DNA of 63,412 nucleotides, taken from assembly GCA_964644835.1 (NCBI GenBank), contig CAZXXW010000002.1, forward strand, positions 1 to 63,412, in the 5' to 3' direction. Shown in pieces: positions 9,016-17,763 of the stretch. The translations under genes and the position numbers were made by a program. The first letter of the stretch is position 1. Each line of letters opens with the position of its first letter. The notes under the pieces are model-generated. The model was not told the DNA's origin. It made no database searches and was given only the letters and a program-made list of their open reading frames with translations. The DNA comes from an uncultured Anaerolineales bacterium. Its GTDB lineage: Bacteria > Chloroflexota > Anaerolineae > Anaerolineales > UBA11858.

Positions 9016-9474
9016 TCACTCTGAAGGGGCGACATTGCCAAGGCCCAATTGATCCAAAATATCGGCCTGGGTCGCCCACATGCGCATTTTTTGCCCCGGG
9101 TCAGCGTGATCGTAACCGAGCAAGTGCAGGATGCCATGAACGACGAGAAGCTGCAATTCGGCCTTAACAGCGTGTTCGCGTTCCGAGGCCTGCGCCTGCG
9201 CCCGGGGATAGGAAATGATCACATCGCCAAGGTAGGAAGCGCCACTTTCGGGATCGGAAAACTCGGTGGGGAAGGCGAGCACATCGGTAGGCGCGTCGAC
9301 GTGGCGAAATTGGCGGTTGAGCGCCCGAATGTCATCATTGTCGCTGATGACGATGCTGACGCCGGCGCGCTCGGAAACGGATTCGTGCCGCAGGGTCGCC
9401 TCAGCCGCCTCACGCAAGCCCTGAATCTCGGCAGGCGAACAAAATTCCGAAGAAACATTGAGGTTAATAGCCAT
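9016..9474 (-). CDS. ybeY: rRNA maturation endoribonuclease YbeY
   Basis: HGILHLLGYDH zinc motif; about 150 aa. Confidence 0.9.
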   Translation of the reverse strand: MAINLNVSSEFCSPAEIQGLREAAEATLRHESVSERAGVSIVISDNDDIRALNRQFRHVDAPTDVLAFPTEFSDPESGASYLGDVIISYPRAQAQASEREHAVKAELQLLVVHGILHLLGYDHADPGQKMRMWATQADILDQLGLGNVAPSE

Positions 9475-9482
9475 CTGGAGGG

Positions 9483-11597
9483 TCAGGAATCCGCCGCAGC
9501 TTCAGCCGTTTTTTTAGTTGGCTGCGTGGGAATGTCAAGAGAAGGATAATCGACGCGAGGATGGTAGATCCCCCGTAAACTCGCCGCGTAAGAATCGGCT
9601 ACAAGTTGCAATTCTCGCAGGGTCAGGGAGGTGTCATCAAGCTGGCCCTGCTCGAGACGCATTTTGATGGTATCTTCGATCATCTCGCGCAAGGCTTTCT
9701 CGCTCTCGGGGTTTTGCGCCCGGACGCGGGCCTCGCAGTTATCGGCCAACATCACCAGGGCTGTCTCGGCAGATTGAGGCCGGGGGCCGGGATATTGAAA
9801 CGTCTTTTCATCGACAAGGCTTTCATCACCACCGGCGTCGTTGACCGCCTGGGTCCATTGATAACGGGTCACCAGGGTGCCGTGATGCTCGATGATGAAA
9901 TCGCGGATCCGCTGAGGCAAGCCATATTGGCGGGCGAGCTCGAGCCCATCGGTGACGTGCTTGCGGATGATCGCGGCGCTCTCGGCGGGGTCTAAATGGT
10001 CGTGGGTGTCGATTTGGCCGGATACCTGATTCTCGATGAAATAGTAGGGATTCTGGGCTTTGCCAATGTCATGATACAGGGCCCCTACGCGGGTGAGGAA
10101 GCTGTCGGCGTCGATCCGCTCAGCGGCCTGCTCGGCCAAATTGGCAACCTGGAGGGTGTGCTGGTACGTGCCCGGTGCATGATGCAAGAGATATTCCAAC
10201 AGGGGGCTGTCAGGGCGAGAAAGTTCCAGCAGTTGCAGGGGGGTGATCTGGCCCAACATGGGAGCAATCAGGTATTGGAGCAAGACGGTGAGTCCAACGG
10301 CAATCAAGCCGTTGATCAAGCTGATCGCGGCCAGTGTGCCCACCTCGATCCAATCAGGATCAGGTTGAACCAAACGTAAAGCGACGATGACCGCCGCACC
10401 GGAAGCTGCAATAGTCAAACCAACCCAGAGATAGGTACTGATGCGCTGCTCGCGTTTAGGAATCAAAACGGCGAACAAGCTGCTGACCCCATAGAAGAGG
10501 ATCAACTCGGCATAGTTGTTATGCTCAAAGGTCGCCAAAAGGATCAGGGGGAAAACCGTGATCAGGGCTAATTCGTCCCCAAAAAGTCCCGAAATGATCA
10601 AAGCGTAAGCTGTCAGCGGAAACAAGTAAGGAACGAGGCGATGGATGGGAAAAGACAAGCGCGCCAACGCCAAAAAGGCGAGAAAAAGAAGGATCACGAC
10701 CAGCGGTTTGCGCAAATCTTTGCTACGGCTGGCATGACGTCGCAGATAAATAATCGCCAGCAGCAAGGATAACAAGACCAGCACGCCGGCGCTGCCCCAT
10801 TCCTGCCACTGATTTTCCGGTTGAGCCAGGCCCATCTGGCGCAAGGCTTCCATATCCGCCGGGGAGATGATCTCACCCCGCTGGACGATTGTTTCTCCGG
10901 CTTCGTAGACAACCTTGACCGGCTCGACATCCTGCGCGGCTTCCTCTTTGGCAGCCTCGGTCAAACTTTCACTATAAAAACTGTTCGGGGCAACGAACGC
11001 CTTGACAAGGTCGGCGACGATATCGGCTTCTTCTTCCGAGAGGGCCAGGCTGATCATGTTAGGAACGCTGGCGGTCGCATCCGAAACTCGATTCTCCCGG
11101 ATTGTGTTGCGCATCACTCGTTCGAGCACGACGATCGCTTCCTGCTGGACGGTCTTCCAACTGGATTCGTCCAAGGCAAGGATGCTGCTGGCCGTTTCTT
11201 GAGTGAACTGCACATCGTTGAGCGCGGCTAAATCGGCCAGTTTCTGCTCCCGGAAAGCGTAGGGGTCTGCTCGCACGCTGGAAATATAAGCGAAGGTGTC
11301 GCGCATTTTATCCAATTGGGCGCGGGCAATGCTGGTATCTGCCGACGTGTAGCGAGGCGAGACAGCGGTGATTGCCGCTTCGATCTGTTGCTCGGTGAGC
11401 ACATCGCTGGTGTAACTGGTGGCATACGGCGCCAAGATGTCTTGCTGAGCGACATTTCCGACCTCAAGCTCATCGCTCGCCTGGGCTATCAGCGGCGTGA
11501 AGACGACAATCCCAAACGCTGCTCCGCTGGTGAGAATCAGCAGCAGAGCAACGAGAATATTGTGGCGCCAGCTACGCTCGGAAGAGGACATTTTCAA
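9483..11597 (-). CDS. pgpH: 7TM-HD membrane phosphohydrolase (PgpH/YqfF-like)
   Basis: Extracellular N-terminal domain, 7TM block and C-terminal HD domain (HTLQVANLAE..ALYHDIGK). Confidence 0.85.
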   Translation of the reverse strand: MKMSSSERSWRHNILVALLLILTSGAAFGIVVFTPLIAQASDELEVGNVAQQDILAPYATSYTSDVLTEQQIEAAITAVSPRYTSADTSIARAQLDKMRDTFAYISSVRADPYAFREQKLADLAALNDVQFTQETASSILALDESSWKTVQQEAIVVLERVMRNTIRENRVSDATASVPNMISLALSEEEADIVADLVKAFVAPNSFYSESLTEAAKEEAAQDVEPVKVVYEAGETIVQRGEIISPADMEALRQMGLAQPENQWQEWGSAGVLVLLSLLLAIIYLRRHASRSKDLRKPLVVILLFLAFLALARLSFPIHRLVPYLFPLTAYALIISGLFGDELALITVFPLILLATFEHNNYAELILFYGVSSLFAVLIPKREQRISTYLWVGLTIAASGAAVIVALRLVQPDPDWIEVGTLAAISLINGLIAVGLTVLLQYLIAPMLGQITPLQLLELSRPDSPLLEYLLHHAPGTYQHTLQVANLAEQAAERIDADSFLTRVGALYHDIGKAQNPYYFIENQVSGQIDTHDHLDPAESAAIIRKHVTDGLELARQYGLPQRIRDFIIEHHGTLVTRYQWTQAVNDAGGDESLVDEKTFQYPGPRPQSAETALVMLADNCEARVRAQNPESEKALREMIEDTIKMRLEQGQLDDTSLTLRELQLVADSYAASLRGIYHPRVDYPSLDIPTQPTKKTAEAAADS

Positions 11598-11632
11598 GGT
11601 ATTTTTTCAGGATACCGTAAACTGTATCCTGT

Positions 11633-12079
11633 TCACTGCGAGAGTATCTCGCGGACGAGCTTGCTGGCTTCGCCGCCGTCGGCGCGGCCGCGGATTTTGG
11701 GCATCAGTGCGCCCATCACCTTGCCCATATCGCGCGGCGACGTGGCGTCAACCTCATCGATGACCTCACGAACGATCGCTTCCAACTCTTCAGAGGTGAG
11801 TTGCTGGGGCAGAAACTGCTGCAAATAGTCGATCTCAGCTTCAGCTTCGGCGATCATATCATCGCGGCCGGCTTTTTCAGCCCCCTCGATGGTCTCGCGG
11901 CGTGCTTTGACCTCCTTTTGCAGGATCGCCAGCACCTCCGATTCATCCAAAGGCTCGCCCTTTGCGATCTCGGCGTTCTTGATCGAGGTTAAAGCCATGC
12001 GGACCACTCGCTTCTTCAGCGCGTCCTTAGACTTCATTGCATCCTTTAGAGCTTGTTTGAGTTTCTCTTTCGTATTCAT
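11633..12079 (-). CDS. yqeY: GatB/YqeY domain protein
   Basis: ATG at 12079 (MNTKEKLKQALKDAMKSKD..LTSIKNAEI..YLPQQLTSEEL). Confidence 0.85.
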   Translation of the reverse strand: MNTKEKLKQALKDAMKSKDALKKRVVRMALTSIKNAEIAKGEPLDESEVLAILQKEVKARRETIEGAEKAGRDDMIAEAEAEIDYLQQFLPQQLTSEELEAIVREVIDEVDATSPRDMGKVMGALMPKIRGRADGGEASKLVREILSQ

Positions 12080-12103
12080 AGCTAAAATTATACCGCGTTC
12101 AGA

Positions 12104-12148
12104 CAACCAAAAGCAAAAAAGGTGTCCGGCAAACTCAGGCCGGACACC
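12104..12148 (-). terminator. intrinsic terminator (minus strand)
   Basis: Minus strand reads GGTGTCCGGC-ctgagttt-GCCGGACACC followed by TTTTTTGCTTTTGG. Confidence 0.65.
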
Positions 12149-12167
12149 TCGCACAAAGAATCCTTAA

Positions 12168-12328
12168 CAGGACTTACGCACATGAAACTAAATTTACCGC
12201 CGAGACACAGACGCCTTGCGTACCTTCGGTAACCGCTGAGAAAAACGCTGTTTTTGTCTCTTTTTTAATCAAATCTCTGCGCACTCCGCGTCCCAGCGGT
12301 GGATTTTGATGTGAACTGCGTAATCCTA
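12168..12328. mobile_element. MITE-like element, family 1, copy A
   Basis: Imperfect TIRs AGGACTTACGCA / TGCGTAATCCT, flanked by direct CTTAA (12163-12167 and 12329-12333). Aligns over most of its length with 47951..48092. Confidence 0.6.
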
Positions 12329-12363
12329 CTTAAGTCGGATTACGGCGACCAACCGGCTAGGCA

Positions 12364-12711
12364 TCACCCCATCGGATGGCGCATTTTGTGACCGCCGATC
12401 AGATGCAGATGGAGGTGATAGACTTCTTGCCCGCCATCGGGGCCGGTGTTGATGATTAAGCGGTAGCCCGATTCAGCGATGCCTTCCTGCTGGGCCAATT
12501 CCTTGGCCGTGGTGAACAGGTGGCCAACCAGGGCTTCATCATCGGCGGTGAGTTCATTGACCGAGGCGATATGCTTGTTCGGCACGATCAAAATGTGCGT
12601 CGGCGCCACGGGATTGATGTCCCGGAACGCGGTGACGCGCTGATCCTCGTAAACTTTCTCGCCGGGAATCTCCCCGGCTACAATTTTGCAAAAAAGACAA
12701 TCGTCATTCAT
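12364..12711 (-). CDS. HIT-family (histidine triad) nucleotide hydrolase
   Basis: CLFCKI..HLHLHLIGG. Confidence 0.9.
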   Translation of the reverse strand: MNDDCLFCKIVAGEIPGEKVYEDQRVTAFRDINPVAPTHILIVPNKHIASVNELTADDEALVGHLFTTAKELAQQEGIAESGYRLIINTGPDGGQEVYHLHLHLIGGHKMRHPMG

Positions 12712-12771
12712 CGTATCCTCCTCGAATAAGGTGATTAGATTGACAGATTCAGGAGCCTCCTGCTGTACGTT

Positions 12772-14082
12772 TTAGCCTGGTTCCGTTATTGGAGCCTTGT
12801 TCTCGTTCCCCGGCTCGATCGCGCCAACCAGGCCGCGCCCGTTCAAGCCGGTCAGCCTCACCGTCGAAATCTGGTTATGCAAGCAGGTCTCGGCGCGAGC
12901 ATGGACGCGCAAATAATTGCCCGACAGCCCCTCCATGCGCCAGCCATCCCCACGCCGGTCGGCGCGCTCCCAGAGCACCTCGACGCGCTGGCCGACAAAT
13001 TGCTCCGCATAAGTTTTCTCGCTCGTTTCCAGAACGGCCCGCATCGCCGCGTTGCGCTCCTTGCGCACTGGATGGGGCACAGGATCGGGCAGACGCGCCG
13101 CGGCCGTGCCAGGACGCTTCGAGTAGGTGAAGACATGCCCCCCGGCGAAGTTCATCTGGCGGACGAAAGCGAGGCTCTCGTCGAATTCGGCCTCGCTCTC
13201 GCCGGGGAAGCCGACGATGATGTCGGTGGTGATCGCCACGCCAGGAATGGCTTGGCGGGCTGTCTCTACCAGGACGGCATATTCTTCCGGGGTGGTCTCT
13301 CGAACCATCCGGCGGAGAGTCGCCGCGCAGCCCGATTGCAGGGGCAAGTGCAGGTGACGGGCCAAGCGTTCGTCATGCCACAGGTTGAAAAAACCTACCT
13401 CCAGATCCCAAGGCTCCAGCGAGGAGATACGCAGGCGGGGAGCGTTCGTTCGCTCCAGAACGGCAGTGATCAGAGCAGACAAGCCGGGCCGAGAGGGTAA
13501 ATCTCGGCCCCAGGCCCCCAGGTTGACGCCGGTGAGAATCACTTCCCGGCTGCCCCCGGCCAGGGCAGCGTCCACGTCGGCGAGAACGGCCTCGATCGTG
13601 CGGCTGCGGGACGGGCCGCGGGCCAGTCTGGTGATGCAAAAGCTGCAATGGTTGTCGCAGCCATCCTGGGCTTTGATGAAGGCGCGCGTCCGCATCCGCG
13701 GGCCGGGGATGGGCACACGCGGCTCGGAATTGTCCATAATCTCCTCAGCGGGCAGGCCCAATATTTTGGCGACAAGGGTGTCTTTCTCAGCGTTGGGAAT
13801 CACCCGCCCGACTCCCGGCAAGGAGGCCGCCCGCTGGGGCAACAGCGTGGACCAGCAGCCGGTCACGACCACTTCACCACAACCGGCGCGGGCAGCCCGG
13901 CGGATTTTCTTGCGCGAATCCGCTGCCGCGGCCACGGTGACCGTGCAGGTGTTGACTACGGTGACATCGGCCTGCTCCGGGGCCGGAACAAGGTCATGGC
14001 CGGTGGCGCGCAACTGTCGGGCGTAGGTCTCTATTTCGCTCTGGTTGAGGCGGCAGCCCACGGAATCGAGAAAAACTTTCAT
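12772..14082 (-). CDS. mtaB: radical-SAM methylthiotransferase, MtaB-like
   Basis: MTTase N-terminal domain (LDSVGCRLNQSE), CDNHCSFCITRLARG radical-SAM cluster and a C-terminal TRAM-like region. Confidence 0.8.
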   Translation of the reverse strand: MKVFLDSVGCRLNQSEIETYARQLRATGHDLVPAPEQADVTVVNTCTVTVAAAADSRKKIRRAARAGCGEVVVTGCWSTLLPQRAASLPGVGRVIPNAEKDTLVAKILGLPAEEIMDNSEPRVPIPGPRMRTRAFIKAQDGCDNHCSFCITRLARGPSRSRTIEAVLADVDAALAGGSREVILTGVNLGAWGRDLPSRPGLSALITAVLERTNAPRLRISSLEPWDLEVGFFNLWHDERLARHLHLPLQSGCAATLRRMVRETTPEEYAVLVETARQAIPGVAITTDIIVGFPGESEAEFDESLAFVRQMNFAGGHVFTYSKRPGTAAARLPDPVPHPVRKERNAAMRAVLETSEKTYAEQFVGQRVEVLWERADRRGDGWRMEGLSGNYLRVHARAETCLHNQISTVRLTGLNGRGLVGAIEPGNENKAPITEPG

Positions 14083-14096
14083 AGTTAAAACGTGTA

Positions 14097-14151
14097 TTCA
14101 CCAAGTTCACCAAGGGCACGAAGAGGATCCAAATTTGGTGAACGCTGTGCC
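14097..14151. repeat. short REP-like element, family 2 (short copy)
   Basis: TTCACCAA..TTGGTGAA and GGCAC..GTGCC inverted pairs. The core TCACCAAGGGCACGAAGAGGATCC resembles TCGCCAAGGACACAAAGGATACC at 57073. Confidence 0.35.
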
Positions 14152-14161
14152 TATCGCGGAC

Positions 14162-14821
14162 TCAGGGTTTCATCACTAAAAAATCATCAAAAAGAATATC
14201 CGTGCCGGGCTGATCGAACGTCCCGGCCAGGAGACCAACATCGCCGGATGTAAGCGTATCATCCTGCACCTCGGCCAGTTCCACGCCGTTGACGTGGAGG
14301 GTCAAGCTCGAGCCAATGCAATCCGCCCGGATGTGATTGGTGGCCTCACCCTGGCGGATGGCCTCGTCGGGATAGAGTTGATCATCCCCGATCAGGGTTT
14401 GTTCTCCGGCCACAACCCTGCCGATGCCGTAATAGCCGTCGCTGCTGAGCAGGAAGAAATAGAAATTCTCGATATCTTGGTAGCGGCAGATCACGCCGAA
14501 ATCGTTGTCGTCGGGCCCGCCCGCTTTGGTGGCATCGACCTCAACAGTCACATCGCCGAACGCCAGGCCGGGGTTAGCCCACACATCGGTATTCGGGGTG
14601 TTGACCAGGATGCGGTAACGGCCATCCTGATAATCGGTGACCCCATCCGCCGTATCGACGCGATCCCACCCGCTGGAGGGATCGGAGAAATCATCCCGAA
14701 AGAGGACATCTTCGGTAAGTGGCGTTTCGTCTCCGAGAAGAGTGTCGGTGACCAGGCTGCAAGCCATCGCGGCGAGCAGCAGGATGCAAGCAGTGATAAG
14801 GAGATAGGATTTCGGTTTCAT
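14162..14821 (-). CDS. lipoprotein with concanavalin/DUF1080-like jelly-roll domain
   Basis: ATG at 14821 (MKPKSYLLITACILLLAAMAC lipobox). Ends ..GLLAGTFDQPGTDILFDDFLV, resembling the ectodomain of the 60067..61419 product. Confidence 0.7.
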   Translation of the reverse strand: MKPKSYLLITACILLLAAMACSLVTDTLLGDETPLTEDVLFRDDFSDPSSGWDRVDTADGVTDYQDGRYRILVNTPNTDVWANPGLAFGDVTVEVDATKAGGPDDNDFGVICRYQDIENFYFFLLSSDGYYGIGRVVAGEQTLIGDDQLYPDEAIRQGEATNHIRADCIGSSLTLHVNGVELAEVQDDTLTSGDVGLLAGTFDQPGTDILFDDFLVMKP

Positions 14822-14893
14822 GACCAGACCTCCGGACGGCGCGGCTTGGTTGCATACGTCCATTTTAGCATAAGCTTGGTATAGCATAGGCAA

Positions 14894-16357
14894 TCAAGGC
14901 AGTTCTCCCAACAGACGCCGGGCCTGCGACCCGGTGGGAGAAGCGGGCGCCAGCGAGTTAGCCCGAGAAAGATGGTAGCGGGCCAAGTCGGTTTCGCCGC
15001 GATACCAAGACAGCACCCCCAGATGGAGATGGGCCGGGGCGTGGTCTTCGTCTTGCGCCAGGGCGCGGCGCCAGAAGCGCTCGGCGTTGAGGCGGTCTCC
15101 CAGGCGGAAGAGCACCAAACCGAGGGTGTCCAACGACGCCGGGTCGTCGGGGGCCAACAGCACAGCCCGGCGGGCAGCGGGCAGGGCCTGGGTGTGCAAA
15201 TCGAGGCTGTAGCGCAGGCAAAAATCGGCGTAGGCGCGCCAAACAGCGGGATCGCGCCGGGCCAGGTCGATGGCGTTCTGGTAATACAGTTGGGCGGTGT
15301 CCAACTCGCCCTCCTGGGCCCATAATTCCCCCAGATAAATTTGCATAGCCGGGTTGCGCGATTCCAATCGAGCAGCCCGCTTCAGATAGCGGCGGGCCTG
15401 TTCCAAATCTCCCTGGCGCTGCCAGTAGATCGCTGTGAAAGCGTTGGCGGCCAGCGAATCGGGATCGAGGCTCAAGGCTTGCTCCAGGGTTGACAACGCA
15501 TCAGCTTGACGATCGATATGCTGGTAAGCTTCGCCGAGATAGGCCCAGGTTTCAGCGTAGTCGGGACGCAGCCGTGTGGCCCGCCGGAAGGCGTGGGCGG
15601 CCAAATCCCAGCAGCCCTGAGCAGCGAGAGTCTGCCCGGCGACCAGGACGGTGTACCCGGGGGTTTCCTGCGCCGATGCCGCCCGGATGGACTTGGCCAG
15701 GTCCGCAGCCTGGTCGGCCAACCCGGGATCGACCTCCGCGGCCCGGAGCAGATGTGTGGGCGCTTCTGCGGGCGCATGGATGGCCAGAATCAAGCCGAGG
15801 TGGTAGGCCAGGGGATAGGGTTCGCCATCCGGACTGGTCAGGGGGAAAGTGTGGCGGGCCTCGGCGCCGCGGGAGGTAATTAGATCTTCCAACGCCGAAC
15901 GGGCCTGGGCAAATTTCTCTGCGCCCAGATAGGCCGAGACCAGGCGGGGGAGCGCTTCGTCCCGGACGGCGCCGGAGGCGGCCCGCTCCCAGGTGGCGAC
16001 CGCGGCCGGGGTGTCGCCGACCTGATCGTAGGCGTCGCCGAGGGCCAGCTCGTCTTCCGGGGCGAGTTCGCCACGCGCCGCGGCACGGTGGAAATAGACG
16101 ATCGCCTCATCGGGCGCGCTCCCGGCGAGGGCAGCATGCCCGGCCTGACGCCACAAGCCAGGCCACCAGTGCAACGCTTCAGCCACGGGGGCCAGTTCGG
16201 CGGCGGCGCGGCGGGACGAATCGGAGGTTTGGGCGCGGCGAGCCTCTTCCAACCCCGTCCGAACCGCGTGTGGTTGAGGCGCGATTCCCAAAAGAACGAC
16301 GAGAATGAAGATAGCGATACCTTTCGCAATCAGGTCGTTAAGCCGATCAGTTTCCAT
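14894..16357 (-). CDS. TPR-repeat protein with N-terminal anchor
   Basis: Repeated 34-aa A/L/Y-rich units (..AWAYLGEAYQHIDRQADALSTLEQALSLDPD..). Confidence 0.8.
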   Translation of the reverse strand: METDRLNDLIAKGIAIFILVVLLGIAPQPHAVRTGLEEARRAQTSDSSRRAAAELAPVAEALHWWPGLWRQAGHAALAGSAPDEAIVYFHRAAARGELAPEDELALGDAYDQVGDTPAAVATWERAASGAVRDEALPRLVSAYLGAEKFAQARSALEDLITSRGAEARHTFPLTSPDGEPYPLAYHLGLILAIHAPAEAPTHLLRAAEVDPGLADQAADLAKSIRAASAQETPGYTVLVAGQTLAAQGCWDLAAHAFRRATRLRPDYAETWAYLGEAYQHIDRQADALSTLEQALSLDPDSLAANAFTAIYWQRQGDLEQARRYLKRAARLESRNPAMQIYLGELWAQEGELDTAQLYYQNAIDLARRDPAVWRAYADFCLRYSLDLHTQALPAARRAVLLAPDDPASLDTLGLVLFRLGDRLNAERFWRRALAQDEDHAPAHLHLGVLSWYRGETDLARYHLSRANSLAPASPTGSQARRLLGELP

Positions 16358-16483
16358 GCCCCAAGTATAGTCGAAATCGCCCGATTGGCCGGGCCATATT
16401 TACTTCTCTCAGCCTTCCTGATCCAGGCCGTCAACGTTCTCGATAACCTTACAAACCTTTAGGCTTTTTTTATTTGCCCCTGC

Positions 16484-16512
16484 TTGACTTTCAAGACGAC
16501 TCCACGTATACT
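16484..16512 (+). promoter_or_regulatory. sigma-70-like promoter
   Basis: TTGACT (16484-16489), 17 nt spacer, TATACT (16507-16512). Confidence 0.5.
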
Positions 16513-16582
16513 GAAATTAGACTTGGAGGTAGACGCTTATGCGAGTATCAGGTTCAAAACGAGTCAACGTTTGTCGGTTCTA

Positions 16583-16612
16583 AAGCACGCGCGCAAAGAG
16601 GCGTGCTTTTTT
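16583..16612 (+). terminator. terminator-like hairpin inside the 5' leader of the SWIM gene
   Basis: AAGCACGC-gcgcaaagag-GCGTGCTT followed by TTTT, about 20 nt before the AGGAGG RBS. Confidence 0.5.
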
Positions 16613-16630
16613 CATTTTAGGAGGCTAAGT

Positions 16631-16870
16631 ATGGATTATGGCATGATCGGCAAGATCAAAAAAGCAAACCAATACGCGGATGAACGTGAGCGCATTCAAA
16701 TTGATACCCTCAAAGTTACTTTTGACGGCAAAAATAACCCCCATCAGGTTCAATTTGAGAACGGAGAGTGGCACTGCGATTGTGACTTCTTCCAGACCCG
16801 TGGCCGTTGCAGCCATACCATTGCTCTAGAGAAAATTCTCGACAAGGTTCATTGGGGTGAAGAAGGCTAA
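16631..16870 (+). CDS. small SWIM zinc-finger protein
   Basis: AGGAGG then ATG at 16631. CDCDFFQTRGRCSHTIA fits CxCxnCxH. Confidence 0.7.
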   Translation: MDYGMIGKIKKANQYADERERIQIDTLKVTFDGKNNPHQVQFENGEWHCDCDFFQTRGRCSHTIALEKILDKVHWGEEG

Positions 16871-16896
16871 GCTTTCCCCATAACGGCACGCGTAGA

Positions 16897-16930
16897 GCCC
16901 CACAGGGAATTCCCCGTGGGGCTTTTTTGT
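16897..16930 (+). terminator. intrinsic terminator
   Basis: GCCCCACAGGGAATTCCCCGTGGGGC followed by TTTTTTG. Confidence 0.7.
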
Positions 16931-16941
16931 TTCTTTGACAG

Positions 16942-16988
16942 GATGGACGGGATCAACCGGATGCTATTTCTTTTATCCCGTCCATCCG
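16942..16988. repeat. 13-bp perfect inverted repeat hairpin
   Basis: GGATGGACGGGAT, 21 nt loop, ATCCCGTCCATCC. Confidence 0.8.
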
Positions 16989-17014
16989 ATTGATCTTGTC
17001 AGGAATTATTCCAG

Positions 17015-17224
17015 TCAATCATCGTCCTTCTTCCTCTGCCACCAGCTTTGAAACTCGATCACGCGGCGGTAGAGCCGGAACAGCGGCGGCCCGATCAGAA
17101 GGAGAATGACCGCCCCAACGATGGCGATCTCCTGCCATCCCACGGTGATCACCGGGCGGCAGGCCAGGGTGGTGAGGAGGAGGGTTGTGAGGGGGAGTGA
17201 GGATTTCTTCATAGTTTCGATCAC
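17015..17224 (-). CDS. hypothetical small membrane protein
   Basis: Two hydrophobic segments and a basic/acidic tail. No recognised family. Confidence 0.4.
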   Translation of the reverse strand: MIETMKKSSLPLTTLLLTTLACRPVITVGWQEIAIVGAVILLLIGPPLFRLYRRVIEFQSWWQRKKDDD

Positions 17225-17315
17225 GTCGGTTGGCTTGACACAGCGAAATCAAGGTCTATCTAAAGGTGAAGGGATTATATCAGCGAATCAAATTAACGCG
17301 TCAGGGCGCCCGGTT

Positions 17316-17546
17316 TCAAAACTTCACATCTTGCAGGGGATGTACTGCTTGCATGGTTGCCCGATGAGCAATTCTCATTATGGATGTCATCGCTTCGCTC
17401 TGCGAGCCCTGGATGCTTTTTTCAGGGCGAAGCAATCTTTTCCAAGCATCCGGGAGACTGCTTCGTTGCAGAAAACGCTCCTCGCAGTAACATAATGAGA
17501 ACTGCCGGCTCAACTCGATGACGGCGTTCTTTTTCGCTTTTGCCAT
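17316..17546 (-). CDS. hypothetical small protein
   Basis: GGAGGG RBS 6 nt upstream of the ATG at 17546. No recognised family. Confidence 0.4.
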   Translation of the reverse strand: MAKAKKNAVIELSRQFSLCYCEERFLQRSSLPDAWKRLLRPEKSIQGSQSEAMTSIMRIAHRATMQAVHPLQDVKF

Positions 17547-17585
17547 AGAGTTCCCTCCGTTATGCTTGCGCTGTTCCTCCGCTTA

Positions 17586-17618
17586 TACCCTATTGATACC
17601 CTATTGACACCTTATTGA
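17586..17618. repeat. three tandem 11-bp repeats (iteron-like)
   Basis: TACCCTATTGA TACCCTATTGA CACCTTATTGA. Confidence 0.8.
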
Positions 17619-17635
17619 AATCACTTACCGCACAA

Positions 17636-17724
17636 GTCGGAACCGGCGCATCCGGCACTGCCCAAAGGGCCGCACAGCGAACCGGCGTTTTACTCGCGTT
17701 TCACATTCAAAATCAGAATTTCTG
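17636..17724. repeat. REP-like element, family 4, copy 1 (inverted relative to copy 2)
   Basis: Its reverse complement (..ATTCTGATTTTGAATGTGAAACGCGAGTAAAACGCCGGTT..TGCCGGATGCGCCGGTTCCG) aligns with 37644..37710. Confidence 0.6.
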
Positions 17725-17763
17725 TTGTCCGATCAGCTGGAGGAGATATCCGTACCCGCGGCG

